Of a stretch of 64,000 nt of DNA, positions 1 through 15,397 are shown one piece after another. The DNA is from Octopus bimaculoides (Eukaryota), in assembly GCF_001194135.2 (NCBI RefSeq), contig NC_068998.1, positions 49,880,615-49,944,614 on the forward strand. The letters are read 5' to 3'. The position numbers and the translations under genes were made by a program. The notes under the pieces are model-generated. The model had not been told where the DNA came from and did no database searches. It was given only the letters and a program-made list of their open reading frames with translations. Each line of letters starts with the position of its first letter. The stretch's first letter is position 1.

Positions 1-1850
1 TCATACAAGTATATCTGACAATTATGGGCTAGATGCAATTCCCTTCTGGCTGGACCAATATCCGGAAGAGATACCAGAAATGATCAGCGCTTCATGTTTG
101 ACGTTTGAAAACGCGTTCTATCGACAAAAGTCCTGAATTGTCATGGCCACTAGGTCAAGCCCGGTCATTGCGAGCCTAAAAATGGGTTATCTGTACTTAA
201 TGACATAGCTTTGGAAACCTTCTTTCCCAATACATAAAAGAATATTGGAAAAGATTCCTAGACGACTGTTTCATCCTTTGGAATGAAAACACAGACAAAC
301 TCCTGAAATTTAAAATATTATTGAACAGTTTTGGTTTAGATCTGTTCTTTTCGATATCTTTACAGCGGGTTGGTTTGTATCTGTTCTTCTACATATCAGA
401 AAAGACAAAATTAAACTTGCATTCAGTGATAATAGTTATCAGTTTTTGATGGTGCATAAACAGACATTACAACTTGATTGGACAGTCGCGTTGCTGAATA
501 TATTTCTATCGGGTGCTGATCCTTCAGTGTTTTGTACATCCAAACGTCCGTAAAAGATGTTTTATCCACATAAATACACACACATACACACACACATACA
601 CACACACACAGACACACATACACACACACACACACACACATACACACACACACACACACACACTTTCGTTGATACATACAAACATACAGGGGACGTTGAC
701 CACCCGCCCATCCGGTCAATCTCAAACTATACGATGAAATAGGGAAAATCTTCAAACTCGACTTGAGTGAAGACATCAGAAAAAAGTGGAAACGCTACCT
801 CGGTGACTGTCTCATCTTTTGGGACAGATCAGAAGATCTACGAACATTCCACATCATCCTCAACACACTGCACCTTTCTATCAACTTTACGACAGAAACC
901 AGCTACAACGAACTTCCCTTATAGATTTCAACATGAAGACACACAACTCCATCGTCACAGCAGATATCTACCACAAAACAACCAACACATAACAATATTT
1001 AAATTTCTACTCCTGCCACCCATCCCGCATAAAAACAAATATTCCATATAGTATGGCAAGACGCATGTGCAGCATAGTGGCCGACTTACAAACATGCCAA
1101 ATAAGACTAAATGAGCTTAAAAACTTCCTACTAGAACAGATATACTCACTCAAATTAATAAAAAACGCAATCACAAGGGCAATGAAATTGGACATCACAC
1201 AACTCAGAACTCCAAAAAGAAAACAAAGAAAACATCATTCCTTTCATAAACACACACAACCCTGGAGTTACCAATATGTTTCGAATTATACATTCAAACT
1301 TACCAATAGTCCTACAAAGCTCCAAAATGGGAAACCTATTAAACAAATATTACATTAAAAAAACCCTGTAAAACCTGTAAAAACCTGTAAAAACAACTGA
1401 CAAGAGCAAAATTATCATCAGAGAACGAAATCGAATTCTTTGTAAAAGAGTGTGGAGATGGTAGATGTGGGATCTGCAGTAACCCCGTCTATAAATATAT
1501 AGAGCGAAACAATAAAATTTTTGAGTGGACACTCATTAAAAGTAAATGCAGACATGAATTGCGAGACGCAGAGCGTAATATACTGCATAACCTGTCCCAC
1601 ATGCAAGGAGAATTACATCGGTGAAACTGGAAATACTTTATGCCAAAGAACCAGAATTCACCGACACCGTCCGACTGGAGGAACTGCGACAGATTCTACT
1701 GAGTAAGCACTTAGAAACATGTGAAGGAAAATTTAAGATCTTTCCCTTCTATAAATGCCCAAGGAATGACACATTCTTTAGAAAATTATATGTAACAAGA
1801 CTTCATAACGAAATTTTCCCCTAAACTGAATAGCTGAAATGTGAAAGTCA
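1..1850 (+). mobile_element. Penelope-like retroelement, degenerate (RT, thumb, Cys knuckle and GIY-YIG endonuclease); RT core appears twice, interrupted by a (CA)n repeat
   Basis: Frameshifted translations give KRFLDDCFILW (~250-280), KWKRYLGDCLIFW (~795-830), NIPYSMARRMCSIV (~1040-1080), KECGDGRCGICS (~1445-1480) and VIYCITCPTCKENYIGETGNTLCQRTRIH (ORF 1521-1706, GIY-YIG signature). Confidence 0.85.
510..665. repeat. (CA)n/(TACA)n microsatellite
   Basis: Directly visible CA run at ~575-663; it explains ORFs 423..776, 513..737 and 557..742. Confidence 0.9.
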
Positions 1851-2159
1851 CATTAACTTACCTATAAACCCATCTGGAACAATTAGCTTAGTCTGTGTAA
1901 TAATGTCCTCATAACGTACAAGAAATTATATGCATATCTGTTTCATTGAGCTCCTTCACCAGCCACTTTCCCTTGAACATTATTACCCATCGAAATATCT
2001 CCCTTTTTGTAAAGAATTGTTCCTTATCTTCATTTCTCTTGAAAAAGAATATAAATATATACCTGTGGCTGGTGAATATCACTATTTCTGTATTGATTTG
2101 GACTGGATGAGGGAATAGTTTTGTAAAATAAACTGTAATTTTGTATTAAACTCAAACAC

Positions 2160-2201
<42 letters not shown>

Positions 2202-2229
2202 ACACATTTATATATGAATNNNNNNNNNN

Positions 2230-2260
<31 letters not shown>

Positions 2261-2449
2261 GCTATACATAAATAGAAATATTCTTGCATCCAAATATTCC
2301 AGCCCATACCAGCACGGGAATCACCTACCCGAGCGTTAAAGTAATACACCTGTTTCTTGTTCATACGGCTGTCTTCGTCTTTTGCTTTTCTGCAAATTTC
2401 AAGTACTATACATATATATATATATATTGATATATATATCTTCTTCCAC

Positions 2450-2580
2450 GCCTTTTACCAGAATCCACTCAGCAGGTTTTGGACCGGCATGAGTCTGTTG
2501 TAGAGTACACTAGCACAACATGCAAAGAAGTAGGCCTGAAACTGGAAACATAGGATTAGGAGGCAAACTCTTTACCACTA
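2450..2580 (-). mobile_element. tRNA-head SINE copy (family also at 7105-7260, 23640-23860, 30895-31020, 63900-63950)
   Basis: Reverse complement carries the shared gtggtaa...tttgc...cc head and the gagtggatt.tggta body seen in the other copies. Confidence 0.6.
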
Positions 2581-2856
2581 TCCAGATCCTGGCTACATAG
2601 ACATAAAGAACTCCCAAATCGTACTAAGTACCGATACACATGTGTGCATTTTTATATGCAGACAGTTTAATATGCTGAGTATTACATATGGGTTAAACTG
2701 GCAAGTTATTTCAGTCATAATATAACAACATGCAATAAATAACGACAGAATATAATATTTATTAAATAACTATCTGTTACATCATTTTAAACTCGAGTGA
2801 CAAAGTTCTACATAGTGCAAACGGCAACACTAAATAACGACAATATCTTATCTACG

Positions 2857-3577
2857 ATGAAAAAATTTATTTGCATATTTTTTCTTCTTTTCGGTAAGTT
2901 GCTCTTCCCTCAGCCGGTTATATATATATATATATATATATATACATGCATTCTCTCTGTTAATTCCCTCGTGTTTCTTTCTAGTGAAAAGCGTAGGCTG
3001 GAAACGTAAAAGATCTGTTTTCCGAGCGTCAGACTAATGCACCTGCTTGTTGTTTATACACATATCTTCAGCTTTTGTTCTTTTGTAAATTGCATATATA
3101 TATATATATATANNNNNNNNNNNNNNNNNNNNNNNNNNNNNNNNNNNNNNNNNNNNNNNNNNNNNNNNNNNNNNNNNNNNNNNNNNNNNNNNNNNNNNNN
3201 NNNNNNNNNNNNNNNNNNNNNNNNNNNNNNNNNNNNNNNNNNNNNNNNNNNNNNNNNNNNNNNNNNNNNNNNNNNNNNNNNNNNNNNNNNNNNNNNNNNN
3301 NNNNNNNNNNNNNNNNNNNNNNNNNNNNNNNNNNNNNNNNNNNNNNNNNNNNNNNNNNNNNNNNNNNNNNNNNNNNNNNNNNNNNNNNNNNNNNNNNNNN
3401 NNNNNNNNNNNNNNNNNNNNNNNNNNNNNNNNNNNNNNNNNNNNNNNNNNNNNNNNNNNNNNNNNNNNNNNNNNNNNNNNNNNNNNNNNNNNNNNNNNNN
3501 NNNNNNNNNNNNNNNNNNNNNNNNNNNNNNNNNNNNNNNNNNNNNNNNNNNNNNNNNNNNNNNNNNNNNNNNNNNNN

Positions 3578-3624
<47 letters not shown>

Positions 3625-4307
3625 ATATGCACGTACATATGACTATGTATATGCATATATATGTGTGTGTGTATGTAATTCATCGTTTCTTCTTAAAATT
3701 GCTTTACTTTTGGAATACAAATCATCTGTAATGTGCAACTTGATTTGAAAATCTAGATTATCAATCTCCCTTCTGAATGCTACATGGCGTTTACATGCAA
3801 CTTACCCTAGAATTCAATATTTCGAAGGAAAAGAACTAATATACTCACTGACTATATGTGCAGAACACATAAAATATACCCACTCCAACAAATTTGTAAA
3901 GATAATTCGACAAGAATTCATAACGAGTAAAATTGAAAGCATAAATTTTGAAAATGACAATCGTACAATTAATGATCCCGTATTTTCTAGATCAACAACT
4001 TACGCACACAGAAAAAAAACAAAAAAAAAAAACAAAATCAAAATATAATATTCCTACATATGTTATTAAACGTCTACTTTCAGATTCAAGAGAAGAATTT
4101 ATACTCTAGTTGTAGAGAAACGTTTCATTTTATATGCCGTATTTCTGTGTAACCAACAAAGTAGAACATAAATCAAGTAGAAAAATATTTATTTTTTAAA
4201 ATTCTAGGTACGGCAGTCTCCAATTACTGCTTCAGAGAAGGCGCGAAACATTGCAAATATGTTCTAAGACGTTTTCCTGTAACGCACCCGGATATTAACC
4301 TCTGCAA
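2857..4307 (+). pseudogene. G1: truncated member of the 6-Cys tandem family; join(2857..2893,4208..4307); no exon B or tail exon found
   Basis: Signal exon MKKFICIFFLLF(G)|GTAAGT. Exon A after TTCTAG| gives GTAVSNYCFREGAKHCKYVLRRFPVTHPDINLC(K)|GTAAAT, with the same 37/100-nt lengths and phases as the paralogs. I found no B or tail exon in the gap-free 4.3-11 kb region. Confidence 0.75.
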
Positions 4308-4818
4308 GTAAATATTCGGTTTTTACTATTATCGTTCATATTTCCGCCAATAAACTTTGCAAATTCATTTCACATACTCACTTGTTAATATTGTAACAAG
4401 CTATGTTACGAGATATATTCCACAAAATGGAATATATCTAACAATGCCTAAGACATTGTTAGATATGGGATAAATTACTTGTCCCATTGATTCAACACCC
4501 ATTCATACATCATGTTTGAATTATATAAATGCAATACAATTCTATCATAGGCTCACATGCCCCACTTATCAACTGTTATTTAGGTAAACCTCTCTGAATT
4601 TCTAATTACCATCATTTCGACCGCAGAAATAGGAACGATAATATTCTCACACTTAAGCGACCACAGAATACTAACCATATTAATATTTCTGATATTGTAA
4701 GGAGGTTAGCGGAGAGAATCGTTAGCACGCCGGTCGAAATGCTTAGAGACATTTCGTCCGTCTTTACGTTTTGCCTTTTTAATATATCTTCAGCATCAAA
4801 TGTTTACCGCATTAGTTA

Positions 4819-6418
<1,600 letters not shown>

Positions 6419-6529
6419 TTTTTAATAACAAAAAATAATTTATTTACCTCGAAATGCTTACCAGCTATACATCGGTGCATATGATGCTATAATCCTGTCC
6501 CACCGTTCATACTACTTTGGTACTCGTCC

Positions 6530-6960
6530 CAGACATCGCTTTCCGTAAGCGATTCGATGATCTCCTATGATGCGCTCTGGATTATGAAAACTTGGTAAAA
6601 ACGGCTAACTTTGAACTGCATTTTCATTTAGGGAAAGCGATGAAATTCAGCAGCTGCTAAATCCAGAGAATAGGAATAGAGAGGACGCGGATGAGATACC
6701 ATGTTGTTTTTGCTGACATTCTCTGTTTTGTTGAGATGCACTGAGAGTTCAGTGACAGGGTGTATAGTCATCTTGAAGAATACAATACTTCGAACTCCGC
6801 CGACCAATTCGATTTTGCCGAAAGTTCTCATTCAAACACTTCAAAATGTCGTTGTTTGTCCTGCGACGATTCTCATATTCATCATTAATATATTAGAACA
6901 TCTTGCAATGATATTATTCCAAACAGCAACCAAAATATGTGTTCAATATGCCTAACATGA
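6530..6960 (-). mobile_element. mariner transposase relic (C-terminal part)
   Basis: ORF 6628..6831 VSHPRPLYSYSLDLAAAEFHRFP matches the mariner HPPYSPDLAPSDFHLF motif. Confidence 0.75.
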
Positions 6961-7104
6961 ACCACACTATATATAACATTACAAACGCCGGACTTGATAA
7001 CAAAATATCAGATTATAAAAAAAAGTTTAAATATTAATTAAGGTTATCCGCACAAATAAAGCATAACAGGCGAAAAATTTCATGTAGATTTTCACTTTTA
7101 TATT

Positions 7105-7260
7105 ATAGTGCAGACCTGGCTGTATGGTAAATGTCTTGCTTCTCAACAACATGCTTGTGGTCTCAGGGTAGCTTGAGCAAGTAGTTTGTACTCCAACCAG
7201 GTACCGACCACAGTCATTTGAGTGGATTTGGTAGATTGAAACAAAAAGGCGCTCATCACT
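7105..7260 (+). mobile_element. tRNA-head SINE copy
   Basis: gcagacctggctgtatggtaa...ttgcttctcaacaacatg...cttgagcaagt...ccgacc...gagtggatttggtaga; the head matches the reverse-complemented copy at 63900-63950. Confidence 0.65.
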
Positions 7261-7559
7261 TATATCAATGTAATATATAGGCATCGAGGTGTAGGAAGAA
7301 AGTTAGCTACGAACAAACCGTAGGAGATATAAAAATCAGCTTTCATGAATATTAGCGGTTTATCGAGACGAAAGGTTGCGGACTATTTTTCTTTAGAGAA
7401 AAACGATGAGCAAAACACTGTTCATTTTATACTCCACGGTAGGCGATCAGGTTTGTCGAGTGATCGAAAAAGAATACAAGTTTTACGGAATGGCTACATA
7501 TATTACATAGTTTGTGAAGCTTCAGAAGTGGTAAAATCCAAGTGATGTGTATACAGCCG

Positions 7560-9140
7560 GCTACCCTTCAGGCAAGGGGTATCTTCATTATATTACAGTT
7601 TACATTGCCGCGAGGAGGTACATGTTGACGCCAAGAAGATTCAGTCAGAATGTGCGGAGGGTACAGGATGAGAGGGGTATATAAATGTAGGGAGAAATAA
7701 TTATTAGAAGGGAAGGATGACGAAAACATAAAAGGGAGTGAGAGGAAGGAGGAATTGGGAGAGGGGTGTTGACTTGTAGTTGACAATATATTAGTTTTAC
7801 CTAAATCACATAATTCAGTCATGGGATTGGTACTTGAATATAAATTGGACGGGAGAGGATGAGGAAATATTTTAGGCAGTGGCGGAGAAAGAAAATGTGT
7901 ATAGATAAAGCAAGAAATTTAAGCCCGGCTAGCTGGTTGTTAAAATACCTTTATGGCCGATGGTAGAAACTAGCAGGGAATGGTAAAAATGTTTATAAAG
8001 AGAACAATCGTATGAAGAAGTGGATGTGTATGTAGGCTTACAGATGGAGAGTGTAGGATGAGAGGGAGTTGAAATAAAGGGAAACAAAATATTCTGACAT
8101 GAAATTCAAAGGGTAGAAAGACATTGTTGGTTTAATACAGTATCTCCCAATTTGGGCGCTATTGTACACCTGGGAGCGGTGGAAAGTTCCCAGGAGGCGT
8201 TAAAATCAGTGGGGTTAAAAACAAGTGGGCTTACATGTAGAGAGTTGGAGATTATTTTGAATTAATTTAATACGGTGGGGCCACGCCTTTGGTGGATTTC
8301 GGAGTTTCTTGTTACGATTTCCGATTACTCCGGCAGTGTTGTTGGTGGAGTAGAATAATTTTATAGACGTGAGTTTAAATTTTTTTCTAAGGGGTTTAGA
8401 TTTAAGGAAATATTATTCGAGTTGGACGAAGATAAATCTGGGTACTCGACTCTGGACGTTTAGGTCGAAGCAGGGTGGAAGCAGATGACGTCTCGAGTTC
8501 CAGTTCGTGTAATCCGATTTGCGAGGTTACCTGGGTGGAAATGGGTTTTGCAGGTGTATATCTTAGTGGGTTATGGTGAATTTAGAATAAAGGGTTATCA
8601 GGTAATGTGTCGTTACCTGCGCCTCTACATATATATAGTCTTTCTTTCTTTCTTATCACATCGCCCATTCTTTTCGACCATTCTCCTCATTTTAACATAC
8701 ATATATATTCTCTTCTTTCTATCACTATGTTATCAAAATTTCATTCACACCACAAACCCCACTGAATGAACAGCACATGGAATCTACATCTCCACACACT
8801 CAATTTGTAATAAGAAAATATGAACTATCGGAATTAAAATACAACGGACGGGAACCATTTCTACCATTTCTATACACCACTTTCATGGGATAATGGAACT
8901 GCAAATATAACATCCTACATATTTTTTTATTCTTTTATTCTCTAATTTCCCTTTATACATCTTGTTTCCATTCTTTTCCCAAATAACTCCTTATATTGAA
9001 CTGTACTATTTCCCGCTATGTAACTCTCTCACATGGTCTCTGATGAAGCGAACTTCCAAATAAACAAGAAACAGCTGTAAGTGTAACTTTCTCTTTATTA
9101 GTGTCCTAAGATTTTCGCACAGCCTCGGCTTAGTTGTCTA
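7560..9140 (-). mobile_element. Degenerate Penelope-like element 3' region (7560-8660, minus) plus a pseudo-LTR-like segment with a hammerhead-like core (8700-9140, plus)
   Basis: Decayed PLE-type C-terminal coding remnants with pyrimidine-rich 3' sequence; CTGATGA...GAAACAGCTGTA motif at 9040-9079. Confidence 0.5.
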
Positions 9141-9193
9141 ATTTTTTCTAACACACACACATACACACATACATACATACATACATACATATA

Positions 9194-9264
<71 letters not shown>

Positions 9265-9689
9265 ATATATGTATATATATAAACAGAGATAGATGCATAT
9301 AAACACGCACACACACACACTGATGTCCGCGTGTGTGTATTTGTGTTTTGATATATGTACATGATTTTTAGAACACCCGAAGAGAGTCAAATAATTTCAG
9401 CTGTCATGTCAAACATAACATAATTCCACATAATAAATTACCAAGTGAATGGGATAAAATTTATAGCATTTTAAGGAACTGAACACGTGTTTCCTTATAA
9501 TTATTTCTAAAGGACATAATTTGCACGGAGTGCATAGTGCAGCACCAAAAATTAAGTGTTTTGAACAACTAATATCTCTTCGATATTAAGACGCTCTTTC
9601 ATAAAACTGCCAGCCAAACTGGCAGATAGATTGTGCATGTGAGAGTATAATACCAAAATCCGAGAACAAAGAAATGCTATCACACATTT

Positions 9690-10420
9690 TGCATACCTAA
9701 CAAAAGAGAAATACACAAAAAAGTGTCCGTTTTATTATATATTTTTTTTTTAGCTTACATGTTTTAACCAATATACCTAGAAATGAGAGTTCGTCTTGGT
9801 TGCATTTTATTGTGAATTGTATGTTGTTGTCAATGTTATTATGGAGTTTTTCTGATTCTATGAGTTTATATTGGTGTATAGGTTCAAATGAAACCATGAG
9901 TGTTTCTTCCTTGATCTATTCCCATAAGTGATTTAGCATATCTCAGTCAATCCTAATATAACTTTCGATGTAATATAGAAATGGCTTTAGGATGATGTCC
10001 ATGATATGTTTCACAGAATGGTCCAGCTACGATGGGCCGTAATTTTAGGTCTCCTGGTGCTGGTGTGTGTATGTCTGCTTTGAAGATTTTTTAATCACTT
10101 CGTCTATAGTTTGGCGTTTGTGAATTTTCGGTAGAACATAGAATAGTCTGGCTTTACACTTAAAGTTTCTTAAAGTGTCTAGTTCTGTTTTTTTTTGTTA
10201 GGTCGTTTCCCTGGGTCAGAATTAATGAAAAGAGCGTTTTCATTATTTTAGGTGGAGTATAATCTTTGAGTTTTTCGTAGTGTTTATCATTGTTTAGGAT
10301 ATTACTAGAGTTTTGTAATATAGGGTGTCCATTACCACAACCACTCTCAGTGAGCATTTTGACAGATGACACAGAACAACTGCAACCACATTTCTTAATC
10401 TTCACATTATATCAATTTAC
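9690..10420 (-). mobile_element. Penelope-like RT fragment, internally deleted
   Basis: Minus-strand translation gives ARLFYVLPKIHKR...DLKLRPIVAGP (PLE RT N-terminal motif LPKIHK...RPIV) and LHNNIDNNIQFTIKCNQDELSFLGILVK. Confidence 0.8.
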
Positions 10421-11098
10421 TATTTGGGCCTGAACCCAAGAGTAACTAAATAAAGACGCCTCATTAGTTGAAAAATATAAGCCAGAATTAAATATAAGCC
10501 CATATTGGAAAGTAAAAATTTACCACATCTATTCAATATTAACTGATATAAGCCACAATCAAATAAAATGAATATTAAGAATTACAGTTTTACCTCCCCT
10601 TTGCCGAAAAATAACTTGCATACCAATTATCTCCCCCTAGCAAGCAAAATCCCGAACTCCGGATTGTATCTAGCACTCAAATTTGAAGTGCGAAACCGGT
10701 TATTATGTTGGAGGAAAACATTTTTATTTTGTATAATATTGTATAATACATTTCGTATGAGGATTCTAACATATTCTTTTATCTTGTAAGACAAATCTGT
10801 TTTCATCTTTTTACTTTCCTTTATATATATATATATTTTTTTTTTTAAACAGCACAGAAAACGGTTAGATTCATTTCATTTTATAAATATTTTCTGATTA
10901 GAACATTCTATGGCGGGAAAGGTAAACTGCATTTTCAGATATAATGTAACACCACATGATAAGTAATACAGAATATAATAACAGTTAAAAAGAAAGGAAA
11001 AACATCTGCTACATCGTGTTAAACTGAAAACACAAATTTCGACGTTGTACAAAACGGCAACAGGTATATACAGAACGAACAGCAATACGTTATCTACA

Positions 11099-14000
11099 AT
11101 GAAGATTATTATATGCATATTCTTTCTAATTTGTGGTAAGATAATTTTTCATAACCAGGCACACACAGACGCATGCGGATGTATACACGTGATTATGTAT
11201 GTATGTTTGTATGTATGTATGTATGTATGCATGCATGCATGCATGTATGTATGTATGTATGTATCTATGTATGGATTGATGGATGGATGGATGGATGGAT
11301 GGATGGATGGATAGATGTAAAGAAATATGTATGAAATATATATATATACATAAACACACATACATACATACATATTCACACACAAACATCTAGACATATA
11401 TTCACATATAGTTAGATGACTAAATATATATACTTGGTCGGGAAAACGAAAGCGTGTGGTTTCGAGTTCCACGTACACGAAAAACCCTACTCATTCTGTC
11501 GATCGCTTATATGCTCCATTAGTATACTATTTCTTTAGACATACCCAGTGATCGCTATAAGATTTTAAGCTTATAAAATACTATTGTTTTTATTATTTAC
11601 ACAATTGTAAAAATCGACGCTGCTTAGCAAAACCATCCCAGTAATATCTATCTATCTTTCTATATTTATATACATAAATATNNNNNNNNNNNNNNNNNNN
11701 NNNNNNNNNNNNNNNNNNNNNNNNNNNNNNNNNNNNATAGTGTATATATTTATATACCAACAACAAATATTAAAATACCAACAACACAGCAAATACTCTC
11801 ATTCCGTCAAATTTGCGACGAAACATCGGCAAGATATCGTAATGAAAATGATCGAACCATATTTTAGAAGCGAACAATCGTGGAATTAATGATCCCTATA
11901 TTCTAGATTTGCTAGGTGATGCTGTGGATATTTTGCAACAACCTTTAATTAAAAGCAACAAAATTTTGAAGTTTATGATCGACAAATATACGCATGTACA
12001 GAAAAACAAAAAAAAACAAAATATGATAATCCTATACTTGTTATTAAACGTCTGCTTACACTTTCAAATGAAGAATCATACCTTCGTTGCAAAGAAATGT
12101 TTGTTTCATTTTATATGCCTTATTTCTGCGTAAGTAATTGATTAGAAAATATGTCCTGGAGAAAAATATATAATTCTTAAAATTCTAGGCGCTGCAGGGT
12201 CCAGAATCTGTTTCATACAAGCCGATGACCAATGCAAATATGCTCAGAAACATTATCCTGTTCAGGAACCAGACATTCATCTCTGCAAGTATATGTACTG
12301 CTTTTACTTCTATCATCCGTACTACCACCTATAACATTTGCAAATTAATTTCTCATAATCACTTGTTCGTAATATATTATTTACAGAGGAGCAATCTATG
12401 TAATGCGAGGTTGAAATATATTTCACAAAATGTATTCCATCACTGATTCAGTAAATTTTACATCAATCTAACAACGCCCAAATTAAAATATTATCGGTTT
12501 TTTTCGTAGACCGAAAGTAAACGATAAACTATTTATCTCAACAGAAATTAATCTATAACGGCTTTGTCTGATTGACAAGAAATCAAAAAAAATTCTATCA
12601 TTGTCTCGAATGTGCCTTTTCTCGATTCTTCTTTATGTAACCCTCTTTGTATTTCTAATTAGTATCATTTCCACCGCAGAAATATAAAAAGTGATATTCT
12701 TACAGATATGAAGCGACCACAGAATTTTAGCCATGTAAATAATTTTGATTTTGTAGGGAGTTGAGCAGACAGAATAATTAGCACGCCAGTAAAAATGCTT
12801 AGCGGCATTTCATCCGTCTTTACGTCTGTGATCGACTTCATTCTTCATTATCCCGGTCCGATAAAATACGGAACCCACAAAAATTGTTCTTGACTTGTAC
12901 CAAAGTTGGAAATTAATATTTGAAATATTGTAAAGCGGTGAGTTAGACAAATCTTAAGGAGCCCGGGCAAAATTCCTAGCGATGTTTCGTCCCAAATTAC
13001 GTCGTTTGCTTCCCTTTCCGCCGAGGCCTATTTTGATTTCCATCTTTTCAGGTAGATAAAATAACTATCATTGGTGCACAAGAATGTTCTAAATCTGAAA
13101 TAATGTTTCACATACTGAACACCGTTACGTAACTCTTGACACGAAGTATAGTCTTTTACATTCAATACAAACATATTCTGACATAATAAAAGAAGTATTG
13201 ATTATCATTATTTTTTTTTATAATCAATGAAAGTTGAGAAACGTTTTATGTTCCAGACGACTATGGCTGTATGAAACCTGTTATATGAATAGCAATAATT
13301 TTTGTAGAAACGTCATGCTCCAAAACCGTAGAGAAGAAAACTGTCTTCGTAAGTAAAGTAATCTGTCTTATTAAAAGCGCTGTTTCAACAAATGAAATTT
13401 CAATCGCACACACACACACATGCAAATTTCATTAGATGATATATTAACCTTGTGAAGGGATGATTGCATCTACAGAATCGATATGATACCGGACAAAATT
13501 CTTAGAGGCATTTAAGGCGTATCAACGTACTGATTCCAAACTTCGTCGTGATCCACTGTACGTTAAGAAGAAGATCATATATATACCTGCAGAAATAAGA
13601 GCCCTGTATCTTTGAAATATTAAAAGGAACAGGGCAACTTTCTTTCGCCAAAGTTTTACAATCGTAATATGCTGCAACGCCTATGATTAGAAAAAATGGA
13701 ATTCAATTGTCAAATAGAAGGAGAAGGAGGAGGGCAGCAACAAGGGGGAGGAGGAAGATTATAATCATGAATATACACAAAATATAAGTTCCAGTCATCG
13801 GCATTTCCTGTTTAGTTTCTAAATGAATATTCGCCTTTATCCGTCGATTCATTGATAACTTAAATGCCAACTAATTGTTGCAGTTCGTTAAGTGTTTAGA
13901 ATACAATCGTCTATAAACGTGCTGTTTCATCAGCTCACCTGTAGATCCATGAGGAATGGAACTTTGTTTACTTTATTGATCGAGAACAATTTTACCATTG

Positions 14001-14167
14001 TATTTGATTTTCCTAGAAAACATAAACTATGTTGGTGAAATGAATCCACTAATTGTAAATGAATACCACATTAACATAGTTTTGCCTTGAATATTACAGA
14101 TGCTGTGACCTGCATCATTTCATTGAACAGTATATTATTGGTACTTCCTGTATCGATCTTATTTTAA
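11099..14167 (+). CDS. G2: secreted, putatively GPI-anchored 6-Cys protein, 98 aa; join(11099..11135,12189..12288,13257..13348,14100..14167)
   Basis: Canonical GT-AG at all junctions and an open frame: [104 protein letters not shown] at 14199-14204. Confidence 0.88.
12750..13070 (+). mobile_element. Nested SINE insertions in G2 intron 2 (equivalent at 16630-16990 in G3)
   Basis: ttagcacgcc...aaatgcttagcggcatttc.tccgtctttacg motif occurs twice, with ggtccgataaaatac; identical arrangement in G3. Confidence 0.65.
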
Positions 14168-14466
14168 AGTAATTAGAAGATATGCACCGTGTGAACCTAA
14201 TAAAGAATAATAACCATATAATAATTTTGTGTTAGTTTGAATTATATAAAAACTTATCTTCAGTATATTACACAAGTAAGGATGTACAGAGCTTCAAAAT
14301 GTTATTATTACAACATTGCCCAAGTTGCTTACAAAATTCCCTTCAAATTTGGTTCATCGCCATGAGTCTATTTTAGAAGACGCTCTTCTAAAATTATATG
14401 AAGCAGGACTAAAATTGGAAATATAGGATTGGGAGACAAAATCTTTACGAATGACCAACAACTGGG

Positions 14467-14469
<3 letters not shown>

Positions 14470-14550
<81 letters not shown>

Positions 14551-14570
14551 CACACACATACACACACAAA
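14470..14570. repeat. (CA)n(TA)n microsatellite at the G2/G3 duplication junction
   Basis: Directly visible; homology to the G2 upstream region begins right after it (~14575 vs ~10895). Confidence 0.85.
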
Positions 14571-14780
14571 GAACTGAGCAGAACATTCCGGAGCAAGTTA
14601 AACTGTATTTTCAGATATAACGTAACACTATATGAATAATAACGAGATAATATAATATCTGTTAAAAAAATAAAAGTTAAAAAAACATCTGCTACATCGT
14701 GTTAAACTAAAAACACAAATTTCTACATTGTACCAACGGCAACAGGTATATACAGAACGAACGGCAATACGTTATCTACA

Positions 14781-15273
14781 ATGAAGATTATTATATGCAT
14801 ATTCTTTCTAATTTGTGGTAAGATAATCTTTCATAAACCTGCGATCTTAAAGGAACACCAGACACACACAGACGCATGCAGATGTATGACTTGCTTATGT
14901 ATGGATTGATGTATTAAAATATGCATGCATATATATATATATACATACGCACTCACATACATACATGCATGCATACATACATGCATACATACATACATGC
15001 AAATATATTCACACACATACATCTAGATATATATTCATATATATTTATGACTATATATATATTTGGTCGGGAAAACAAAGGGGTGTGATTTCGAGTTGCA
15101 CGCGTACGAAAACAACAAACTATCCCTTCGATGACTTATATGGACATTTATTATACTATTTCTCTAGTCATTACCCAGTGATCGCTATAGCTTTAAGCTT
15201 ATAAAATACTATTATTTTGATTATTTATAGAATTGTAAAAATCGACACTGCATAGCACAAACCATCGCAGTAA

Positions 15274-15333
<60 letters not shown>

Positions 15334-15334
15334 C

Positions 15335-15397
<63 letters not shown>

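Noticed and set aside
3757-4050. ~95-codon stop-free stretch in G1 intron 1
   Set aside because: The homologous intron segments in G2, G3 and G4 contain indels and stops and there is no donor, so the similarity is intronic.
7115-7180. Apparent G1 exon B (TGGCTGTATG..., WLYGKCLASQQHAC with C-x7-C)
   Set aside because: No acceptor gives the right frame, a stop follows, and the sequence matches the head of the tRNA-derived SINE also seen at 63900-63950.
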